Positions 49,880-61,065 of a stretch of DNA of 64,000 bases are shown here, in pieces. The notes below the pieces were generated by a model that saw nothing but the letters and a program-made list of their open reading frames with translations, had not been told where the DNA came from and did not search any database. This DNA is from Marsupella aquatica. Lineage: Eukaryota > Plantae > Marchantiophyta. The first letter of the stretch is position 1; each line of letters opens with the position of its first letter. The translations under genes were made by a program, and so were the position numbers. Where the stretch lies: NCBI GenBank assembly GCA_973895155.1, contig OZ316892.1, forward strand, positions 20,833,619 to 20,897,618, given 5' to 3'.

Positions 49880-52680
49880 TCCGTGGTGTATGTAGATCTC
49901 CACAACACTTTGAGGCCCACCTTTAGACCCAGTCCCAAATGGGCCATTTTTTGTGGTCTTAAATGACATCATGAAGGACCCCTCTAATGACCACATATGC
50001 AGTCATTTGGCTCATATGACCTCCAATGTGACAGCTCTAATGACCATTTTTCATATCACTGGCATTTATGACACCCCATTGTTCACAAATGACCCAATAA
50101 AGGGCCATCTGTAGAGCCCCTTCTATATTCCTTTGCAAAATGAAAATAATATTTCAACCCCTAACACCCCACAAACACCACCAAGGCAAACACAGGGACG
50201 ACACCCTTCCATTGGTGTGGCAACACCCCTAGTAGAGACAAAATTCAGTTCCATTTGCCTTTAGATGAGGTGATATCCCTATTTTGTGACACTTTTGGCA
50301 TATCCCTCTAAAGTGGTATGACTTGGGAGTGATTTAATTTCCCCAAAAATTTGCATCATGCCTTTGTGTCCAGCAATTAAAAAGCTAGACAGTAAGTCAA
50401 ATGAAATTTACAAGTTCGTACATAAATATAAATGTACTTTTGACTCAATGGACCTTCACTCATCATGGCCTACAAAAAGCTCCTAGAACCACAAGCTAGG
50501 GTTATTTGTGCTGGTCCATAATGACACCATGAGGGACCTCTCTAATGATCACATATCCATTCATTTGGTACATATGACCTCCAATATGACAGTCAAAATT
50601 ACCCCAATTTGAGTCATTTTCATAATGACACACCATTGTTGCATATTGACCAAATAAAGATTACAATAACTCCTCAGAATGCCCCATCGCTATTCATTTG
50701 CAAAACAGAGTATCCCCCATCCAAAACACCAATACAAATATCACATAGTTACATGGAATGATGATGTCCAACCCTCCATTCTTGTTGCACTACCTCTTGG
50801 AGAGACCAACAAAAAAGGGTTCCATTTGCCTTTGGATAAGTGGTATCCATTGATTGTCACTTTTTTGGCAAATCACTCTAGAGTCATACTACTTGGGAGT
50901 GATTTCCCCAAGATTGCATCATGCCTTACGTAAATGCAAAACTATGCGTCAAAATTAATTATGGTGCACTAGTGGTAGGAGAATAGTAAATATAGTGTTC
51001 CACACCTAGTGTCCGAGGGGTTGTCAGCTCTATGTAAAGCCACATGGCACTCTAGGGCCCATCTTCAACCTCTAGCCCCAAACTGGTCATTTGTGCTAAT
51101 CCTGAATGACTACACAAGGGACCCCTCTAATGACTACAAATACATTCTTTTGACACATATGACATCCCATATGACAATTGCAATGACCCTACATGTAGTC
51201 ATTGGTAATTATGACATGCAATGGTTCACAAATGACCGAATGAAGACCCTTTGGGGGTTTCACTTTCACAAAAATGGCACATCGATCATGTGCGACAAAG
51301 TATATGGTCATTTTATTGGTTTGAAGGGAAGACTTAAGAATTTTCTGAGAAGAAAAATTGGGTCTTTTAAATCAAATATTCCAACTTTATAGGGGTTGAA
51401 AATTAAATATTTTTTCTTACATTTTAGGGGGTCCAAGGCCTAAAATGTCACAGGTGATGGGGAGGCATCCATATAATGAGACCCCCGAGGAAGGCTCTAG
51501 TACCTCCAAAGCGAGCCCAATCTATATTCCTTGCAAAATTGGAATATTCCTACTCTCTACCTCAAACCCGCACACACACCCTAGAGAGCGAAGCACTACG
51601 ACCTTGCCCATTCCATTGATGTTGCACTATGTACCTCTTAGAGAGACCAAAAAATGTTTTAATTTGCATTTGGATAAGAAGGTACCATCCATAATGACAC
51701 TTTGGCACTCGCTTTGGCAAATCCCTCCAAAGTTGTATGACTTGGGAGTGAGTTTTCCAAAGTTGCATCATGCCTAAAGTAAACACAAAAACATGGCTCC
51801 AAAATATTTATAGCGCAACTAGTGGTCAGAGAATGACGAGTATAGTGTCCCGCACCTAGTGAAGGGGTTGTCAGCTCCATGTAGGGCCCCATGGCACTCT
51901 AGGGCCCACCTAAATCTCCTAGACCCAACAGGGTCATTTATGCTAGTCCATAATGACACCATGAGAGACCTCACTAATGACCACATATGCAGTCATTTGG
52001 TCCAAATGACCTCCAATATGACTGCCAAAATTACTCTTACTGCAGTCATTGGCACTAATGACACACCATCACTCCAAAATGACCCAATGAAGATTACAAC
52101 ACCTACTCACAATGCCCCAACACTATTCTTTGCCAAACGGAGTATCCCCATCAAACACCAACACAAAAATCACACAATTACATAGAAGGAGAACAATCTT
52201 CCATTGGTGTTGCACTACTTCTTGGAGAGACAAAACAAACGGCTCAATTTTCCTTTGGAAATGATGGTATGACTCTATGGTGACACTTTTGGCAAATCAC
52301 TCCAAAGTTGTATGACTTGGGAGTGATTTCCCCAAGGTTCCATCATGCCTTTGAAAGTAAACACAAAAACACGGCTTCAAAGTGCTAATGGTGCAACTAG
52401 TGGTTGGAGAATAGCAAATATAGTATTTTGCACCTAGTGGAGGGGTTGCAAGCTGTATGTGGGGCCACATGGCACTCTAGGGAAGTTTAGCCCCAAATTG
52501 GTCATTCATGCTTGTCTTCAATGACTGCACTAGGGACCCCTCAAATGACAACAAGTCCAGTCATTTGACTTATATGACATCCCATATGACCATTTCAATG
52601 ACCCTACTTGTAGTCATTGGCACTTATGACACGACTTTGTTAAAAAATGACTCAATGAAGGTCCTAGTATCTCCAGAGAG
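49880..52680. repeat. Diverged tandem array of ~560-850 bp units rich in AATGAC/GTCATT motifs
   Basis: AATGAC..AGGGACC..TAATGAC..GTCATTTG..ATGACCTCC recurs at about 49960, 50520, 51105, 51950 and 52520; TGACTTGGGAGTGA recurs too. The first unit begins left of CACTA copy 2 (~48215). Confidence 0.85.
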
Positions 52681-53826
52681 AGCCCACTCTAGAGGCCTCA
52701 TTCACAATTGGGTGTACCTCAAAGGATTCACTTTTAGGACTCAAAAACATGCTTTTTTAGTGAAAAATGACTTTCGTAACATGGAAAAAGGTTCATCATG
52801 ATTTTATCTCAAGACATTTAAGGACTATTTTACATGGTGTAACCTACCTCACCATGTAGATACATCAAGTTTTCAACTGTTTTAAGGGATCCTGTTATTG
52901 ATGGCCCTAAATAAGCCAAAATTACTGATTATTTTTGTCCTGTACATAAAGGTTTAGTGTGTGTCACTATTTAAGTTTTGAAATATAAGATTATGCTATT
53001 AGTATGCATGCTTTGGTAAAATTTCATTGTCAAAAATGCATTTTTTAGAGTCCTTTTGAGTCCTGAAATGATGTGACCCGTTGCGTGACAAGTCCTTTTA
53101 TCAATCTTTGAAGGACATATAAGGAAAGCTTCAAAGTCTCAAATGCTAGATAGTTTAATGAATGTTACCAACCTATAGGATGTTTATTAAGTATAGTACA
53201 TCAAATTTTCTATATCATCTCATTACACCCTACACAAGGAAGATCTGCAAGGTTAGGAGTTTGAAAGAGGGGAATATAGGGGGTAAGTAGGGAAATTAAT
53301 CCCAACGTACCTCATGCTCCCCGCCCCCTTACTATTGGGGGTAATTTCCAGAAGATGAGTTGGGAATTCATTCCCCTCTTATCAAAGCGATTCAGGGTAA
53401 GGTATTTGTCCCATATTTAGTAGGGAACCAAATCTCCTTGTAGTGGACGGGCTGCTATGCTTGTAAATTACCTATGTCCCTAGGGTAATCATTCGGTGTG
53501 TCTTGCAAGTGCATAACCTAAACCCTAAACACACACAAAAGAACACAAGAAAGAATACCAAAGAAACAGTGGACATGAGAAACAGTGGACATGATTCAAA
53601 GATGAAGTGTTCAATTCATAATGCTCCCGCGGGAGGCTCGAACAGGTACATATGTGGCAAGGAAAGACCCACTCAGGCTCTGTCCTCCTAGTCTCATCGT
53701 TGTCCCGCTGCACTAAAATCACAACGGGAGGAAACGAGAGTGGCACTGACAAGTAAACGAATAGTAAGAGTGTCACTGCCTAACTGACTCAAGCACCAAA
53801 GAGAACCTTAGCTAAAACTCATCTAG

Positions 53827-56800
53827 CTACTCTGATGCATTGAACCTCTGCTGCCGATTCTCTCCCAGTATGAACTCCAGATTTTGTTCCATGTTATCTT
53901 TTTTCCCGGTTGCACAGCCATACATGATGTCCCTGATCATCACTCATTTTTTGTTCTGCACAAAACATGCAACATGCGTACAATTAGAGACCACATATAT
54001 GGAATTCATAATTCATCATTACTAGTGAGTGCGTGCAGGAATTGTTAGGCAAAGCACGCGAACTGAAATACCCCAATAATACCCCATACACAAAGTGACT
54101 TTATTCACCTTGCAGTCCATGCAAGCACTTCTAATCTTACCTGCAGCTCCAAAATCTTCAACTAAATCGAATCTTCGGCGATAAACCTGACGACTTTCAC
54201 CGGCCTTGTTTGCCCTATACGATGTGACCGATCAACAGCCTGGTCCTCTACCGTGGGATTCCACCACCCGTCTACCATAAGAACATGTGTAGCCTCAGTG
54301 ATGTTGAGTCCTGTGTTTGTTGCCATCAAGGACAAGAGGATAATGCTGATCTGCATGAAATGAGTAGAAACAGTTTAATTAGAATATAAAGAGTTTACCC
54401 TTTGAACAAATACAGACACCGATCTGCACGGATAATGACGGTTGTACCTCTGGGGTCGTCTTGAAATCATTCAAGGCTTGTTCTCTGACATTGGAATTCA
54501 TTCCTCCATCAATCCTTGTGAACTTTAGACCAGCCTTCAGAATGTGTGGCTCAAGCATGTCGAGACACGAAGTCCATTGTGAGAAAACAAGAGCCTTCTG
54601 CCTAGGCACAAAGCTTTCGCTGCTGCCCTGTCCTGTAGTGTCCAGCGGAATCGACTTCAGGTATTCCAAGACTGCATCAAATTTTGGAGGAGGTGGGTGT
54701 TGGACATCATATTCTCTTCGCGCCTTCCCTTTTGACTCTGCACCACCATTCACTAGCCTCAAATCAGCTGGCCTGTATAGGACCTGGGCTGTCACGTATT
54801 TTGAACATTTTGCTGATTTGCAGGTTCCAGCTTCCCGGTCTATTGCACAAATGCCACAGTATACATGGCCACAACCAGAAATCTGAAATGGACTTCCAAT
54901 CAAGCCCCCCTGCACAATCCAACCGTTAAAGTGAGTGCGTGCAGAAATTGTTAGGCAAAGCACGTTAACTGAAATACCTCAATCATACCCCAATAATACC
55001 CCAATCATACCCCATACACAGAGTGATTGTACTCACCTTGCAGTCCACGCAAGCACTTCCAATCTTCAATTGCTGAAACTCTGACACGAGTCGGGCTCGT
55101 TGAGGCTCACTAAGGGGCGTTCTTTGCACTTTGTTCCCGATCTCCTCTTTGCGAATTTTACATAAGGAAGGAAGTTTCGGGTGCACTGCAAATTGTCGCA
55201 ACCGGAGCAGAATGCTCAACACATTCGATAAGGCACCTCTTTCGGCGTCACGGAATTCCTACAACATTACAGGCACATTAATTGCCACCGAACAGACACC
55301 TTCAAGGGATCAAATTGAACTCTCATACGTCTTTAACATTGGGGATTATTAAGAGCCTTACGTACCTTGTATAACTCCTTACTCTTTTCCTCCTGATCAA
55401 AATAAGCGTTTCGTTCTTGCTGTGTTCTCCATTCAACAATTTGCACCTCGATCGTCTTAGGGGGCAGTGGGAGTATGCCTGCATGTAAGCACAGTGGCAG
55501 GGTAAATGCACAATTGATAAAGAAATTAGGCTTGGGATTAAACAAAGTGAACTCTACCATGATATATGCATGCACGCTTACTTTTGTCTCTCCTGAGCGC
55601 AATCGCAACCAAGTGTTTTGAGAGGATGCCATTCGCTATCTTTGGCCTTGTCTTCAGCAGCTTCTTTAACTGCGAGAATTCCTTCCACTCTCCTAGAGGA
55701 TAATACCTCATAAAACTGAAGTAAGGAAATAGATCAGAAGCCTCGTTCTGTATGGGTGTACCGCTTAGGCACCACCTCCTCTCTGCCTTGAGACAACGCG
55801 AGGCCTTGAAATTTTGACTAGTTTTATTTTTCATAACATGACACTCATCCAGGACTACTCTAAGCCAACTAATCTTAAACAATGGACCTGCAAGTCTAGG
55901 TTTTTTTACAGGTCTCTTCATACTCCCTTTTGGCACGCTGGACGTCTTTGGAGCAATGGGAGACTCCCCTGTCATGATTGAGTACGTAGTGACAAACCAC
56001 GTCATGGCTTGAAATAAAGTTGATGTCTTTATTCCTCTTGTTGTGGTAGAGGAGGACCTTCACTTTTGCTATCTTGGAGGTCCTTGCAGCTATTTCTTGG
56101 CCCCATTGAATCACCACGCTGGCTGGACAAACAACTAGAGTTGGCCCACACTTATGAGGGCGATTCGCGAGAAATAGCGCTATGACATGCATGGTTTTCC
56201 CCATTCCCTAAAAAAATCCAAGCCAAGAAACGGTCAGGGACCCACTCACTTGCAGACAAGGTGCGCGCGTACCCCTAACATACTCCAAAAATACCCCCAA
56301 AGTATCCCGCTGAATGAAAATAATGAGTGCGACTTCGGCTTAATTTGGGGGCTTTTGTACCTGGTCATCCGCCAACATCCCACCAATTGGAGAGCTTTTT
56401 CCGGATTTGCGTTCCAACATCCATGCAAGACCAATCCGTTGGTGTGGATATAGAGCTGTAGTCATTGTACCAGGTGGAGGGCATGCCTCCTCTGTCAAGT
56501 GAGACCCTTGGATATCAATCTGCGGATCCCGCGCACAGCCAAGTTAGATATGCTTGAACATTGTTTCTGAAAAAACAGTAATCACACAACAAAAAAAAAA
56601 TTGCTAACCTTTCCACTCTCTGTGGCACACTCTTCCCAGTGAATGTCTTGTTCTGAATGCTCGTCATCCTCCACTTCATCTTCTTCTTCTTCTTCCTCTA
56701 CCTCTTCCTCTTCCTCTTCCTCCACTTCGATAGCCCTCCTCTTCGCTGGTGAGTGACTGCCACTCGGAATAGAGTCCTCTCGCCCTCTCTTTGAAGCACG

Positions 56801-58704
56801 AGGCAAATTTGGTTGTCGTGAAATGTGACTCGTCCTAGCCTCCCATCCCGGACTCTTAGTTGGAACATGAAATAGAACAGAAATTGGAGGTGACCCTGGT
56901 ACTTCTGATGCAATTGCACCCGACGATTTGTCCTCCTCTGTAGCTGAGACCTCTACTTTTGATGTTGGTGCAGCATTTGGTGCCTCTCCTTCTAAAAGTG
57001 ACATCTCTTCTTCTGATGCCGGTACCTCTGCCAGTACTGGTGGTGCGGCTGCCTGTAACTCTACCAAAACTGGTGAGTCACCTCCACTCGACATAGACTC
57101 CTCTTGCTGTATCTTTGAAGTAGGATAATGAATTGGGAAAGTACCTGCTTCTGCTGGTGCTGCTACTGGTACCTCTACTATAGCTGGAACACCAGGATAA
57201 TAAATTGGGAAAGTACCTGCTTCTGTTGCTGCTGCTGCTGGTACCTCTACTATAGCTGGAACACCAGAAACTGGCGGTAACTCTGAAATTGGGCTACGCT
57301 GTGATGCCTCTGCATCATAACCTGCATGTACCCTGGCACCAAGACCTACCAGAACCTCACAACATCTCTCGTCACCTCCGCTCTCACCTTCTCCACTCGA
57401 TGTCTCACTGCCAACTTATTCTGAATGCAACCCAACCTGCCTTTCCAATTCTAATATGCGGACTCTCTGTCTGTCGTTTTCTTTCATCAAATCAAGGACC
57501 AATTTTTTATGATTCTCCACTGCTTCTCGTAGCATGTCCGATTTTTCTGCAAGATCAACCTCTAGCGCACGTATGTGCTGTGATAGAACACGCATGCACT
57601 CTGGCACAGAGGGTGGCGATTTGTGCTCACCCTGAGGACATTTCTGTTCATCCCTGGAGAATTGGGGCGCAACCTCTGATGGCTGCCCCTCACCGTCAGA
57701 CACACCATCCCCTTCCTTGTCCTCTCGTGAGCCATCTTCTCCTTCCTCGTCCTCTCGTGATCCGTCATCCCCTTCCTCGTCCTCCTGTGAGCCACTGTCC
57801 CCGTCCTTGTCCTCTTCTGAGCCAGCCTCCCCTTCCTCCTTGTCGTCCTCCTCATGATCATCTTCGTGTTGTTCGACCATAAGCTCCTCCAGCGAATACC
57901 CGTAGTGTACAAGAATCTGCGTTATAGCAGTGCCACAGTAGCAAGGAAGTCGTTTGTCTACGACACCATTCTTCGATAGGTGTGACTTTAACCTGAGGAT
58001 CTCACTCGTCAGATTATCGTACACCAAATGTGCCCAATCGGGCTTCACCACGGGAGTTTCAGCTCCTCTAAAACGATCACGTACCCTAATCGTATCCCAC
58101 CAATACGCCCAGTATACCCACATGTCTTTTGAGGTGACTTGAGTGGGTTTGCTCTTGCCTGAGAGCAATTCAGAAATCGCCCTGATTATCCCACACCACT
58201 GCATATATGGCGCAGTGATTTTGTCTAGACTGTATGGGTTGCCTTTCGTCTTGGCAGAAAACATGGAATTTAGTTGACCTTGGACCAACCCAGGTTTAAA
58301 TCGGGCCCATTCTCCAGACGGAAAAGCAAATGCAGCTCGCAATACCTCTCTGTTGAATGTGTGAGTTGCACCCCGGAATGACACACAGTTTTGACCTTGA
58401 TCATACCCTACTGCGAACTCCTTTACAGCAGGAATTGCAACTCTGGGCCAGTCGAGTTCAAAACATGGAACCAAACCAGCTTTTCTAGCTAAATTATGGT
58501 CTGCAGGGGCCATCCCTAGATAATGCCGTATTACCCTCCCCAAGCATGACTTCCAAATCGTCTCCGTCACGACTGTACAAACAAAGCAGGCCTTAGTTGC
58601 GCCATTCTAACAATCGATCAATATACTTCATGCGGAATTAAGAACCAAAGGAGTTGAGTGAAAGAGGGGTACATACGATCTGTGATATCCTCGTCGCTCT
58701 GCAT
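53827..58704 (-). pseudogene. Spliced gene fusing a plant-transposon-type domain and acidic linker to a RAD5/16-type SNF2-RING-helicase; several premature stops
   Basis: LYPHQRIGLAWML..GGMLADDQ|GMGKT, TLVVCPASV..QW, TTYS, RVVLDECH, RWCLSGTPIQN, LLRLRQ..HP, split RING (CVDC..CGHVYCGIC..C..C), KALVFSQW, RIDG, GLNITEA, WWNPTVEDQAVDRSHRIGQ. ORFs 57416-58570 and 56582-57094 are in frame across one TAA. Candidate first exon 58704-58677. Confidence 0.85.
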
Positions 58705-59416
58705 CAACAATGCGACCGGCGCTGGACGATCATGTTGACGAACCATACTTTCACCAATCCTCCAACGTCACCCCGCGCTCGTCGATACTTGCTTCCGTTG
58801 CTAACACCCCAAGTGTTATCCAATGGCAGACTTGTCAGCCACAAAGATTTACGAAACCTACACAATCAAAGACTGGAGCTCAGGAGCTCGCACCATTGCC
58901 CAAAGCTTATAAGGAATTCCTCATAGGGCGTTCATGTGCGCAGTGGCATGCATCATTTAGTCACTGCAGTTTCAGTAGTAGATCTCACAACAAAGATTCT
59001 GTCTCCGATCGGTGGCACCGCCCTTTCACTACCCCAACGTACATTTTATCACGTTCCCAAGTAACCTGGTAATACCCATCCATTATGTCACGTCCGACCC
59101 AGAATCCAATGATATTCGTGACCCGTGCCGTCCCCGATCATACCCCGTGTGAAGCACCATAGCGTCACCATCACAGGCTCACGTCTGACCTGCATCTCAC
59201 ACATCCTACGGTCTGCATCCTGGTCAGTATTCAGTTATTGACAAAACGGCGCCTCTCAAGTGTTGTCATATCCCATAGTATCTTTCTTTTTGTCGTACTT
59301 GGGACTTTCCATGGTATTACTATACGGTATTCCACCGTACAAGAATACCATGGTGAAGTCCAATTGCACAAAAATCAAGCCTCAACGCAACTAATCTTTG
59401 AAAGGTGATGTGTTCA

Positions 59417-60256
59417 TCAATTTGTGACGCTCTTGTAGATTGGGCAACTTGACCGAGAACCCTGTACAGACAACCAGCTCACACCAACCTTCCCGAGGTC
59501 CTTCTCATTATCATTTGCATTGTGCGATTTTGCCATGTCATCCCCTCCCTCCTCCTCCTCCTCCTCCCCGTCAGAAGCACCGTCCACTCCTACATCCCCT
59601 GCTTGCATTTCCGTTGCCGCATCGCGCCTGGGAAGGAGGACTTCCCTTACAACACACAGGTCAGGGACGGAAAGTGAGTCCGCTAATATTGCAATCATTA
59701 TGTCCCCTACCTCTGGGAAAGGAGGGCAGTTTGCAATTGTGGTAGGGAGTTCCCGTACTAAAGTATCTCCAATCTCCAAGGCTACAACCTCCCTCCCGCC
59801 TCTTCAAATTGGGAAGAACTTCTGTAGAATTCTTGACATAGGCCTACAGTTGTTGCCATGTGCGTGATATACTTTTGGTTCCAAAAGAGTAAACAGGGAA
59901 TACTCATCTCGTTCCCAAGACAGTAAATTTTGCCGAGGATCCTGTGTATACTGTTGTTTATACCAATCCGCCTCAAAGAATATGTCCATGTGGCCATCGA
60001 ATTCGTGCATGAAAATCTTTTGGAGTACTGCTTTCCAGTTTTGAGGATGTGAAGCATCTGTACTCCCATCTACCAGTACAACAACGTGATCGCCAGGCCT
60101 GTACACTTCAGCTCTCCACACAGCTGATTGCAATGGAGTGCAAGATTCACTACTTTCGTTGTCCTCACTGATGTTGAATACTCCAACATCTGTCCAATGC
60201 TGCTTCAATGCACTAGAAGAATCCGAGGTGAACTGAGACCGCAATATGTGACTCAT
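59417..60256 (-). pseudogene. BAH-like domain gene with one in-frame stop
   Basis: YRPGDHVVV..WKAVLQKIF..FFEADWY..RPMSRILQKF resembles BAH domains. ORFs 59804-60256 and 59417-59779 are in frame across a single TGA. Confidence 0.55.
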
Positions 60257-60530
60257 TTTGGCTCATGTGACTTCATTGTGACTCAACGTGACTTGACCCA
60301 CGCTGTGACCCTTGGAGTTGCAAAAGTTGAGACCAAAAAATGGAAGTCACTATTGATACTGGGCTTTGCAACTTGCTTGATACCCATTTGTGACTGATCT
60401 GTGACTTTATTGTGGAGTCTAGCCTTGTTTCGACGTGACTGCAATATGACTTCAGCGAGTCACATCGTAAGTCACATACATGACTTACCCGCATTCAACA
60501 ACGACTAGCGTGTGACTATTTAGTGTCACA
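60247..60530. repeat. Dense GTGACT/AGTCAC short-motif array
   Basis: More than a dozen GTGAC(T) or GTCAC motifs in both orientations within 280 bp. Confidence 0.75.
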
Positions 60531-61065
60531 GGAGAGACCAATGGAGACCCTGGCCCGCGTCACACAACAGAACCATTTGGGACTCTATATACTCATGTTT
60601 ATAACTAATAAGGTTCACATGCAAGTTATAACCATGACTAATGAACACAGAGGGACAGTTCATAAGGAGAGAGAGCACTCGACATTACAATACATAGAAA
60701 CCTGATGTTCTAACTTTAGAAATATAACACATTGAATACAAGAAATGAACATAGCATGAATGACATCCACATGAAACAAAGCATCATATAAGCAGATCCT
60801 ACATAAAACATTCATAAGAATTAAACACAATCACAATCTTGCTAAAAAATGAAGATCATTTGAATTCCAATGGAATAGTTTACAATGTGATCAATGTAAT
60901 TTAGACAAAACAGGAACTCATAATTGATGACTGTAGGATGAGATAACTGAAAGCACATGCATGATACTATGAATCTCCAAGAGGACATGATTCTTGTACT
61001 GCTTCTTGACATCTAAAATCTACATAACATGACTCACACTACAAACAAATAATGGCATGACATTG

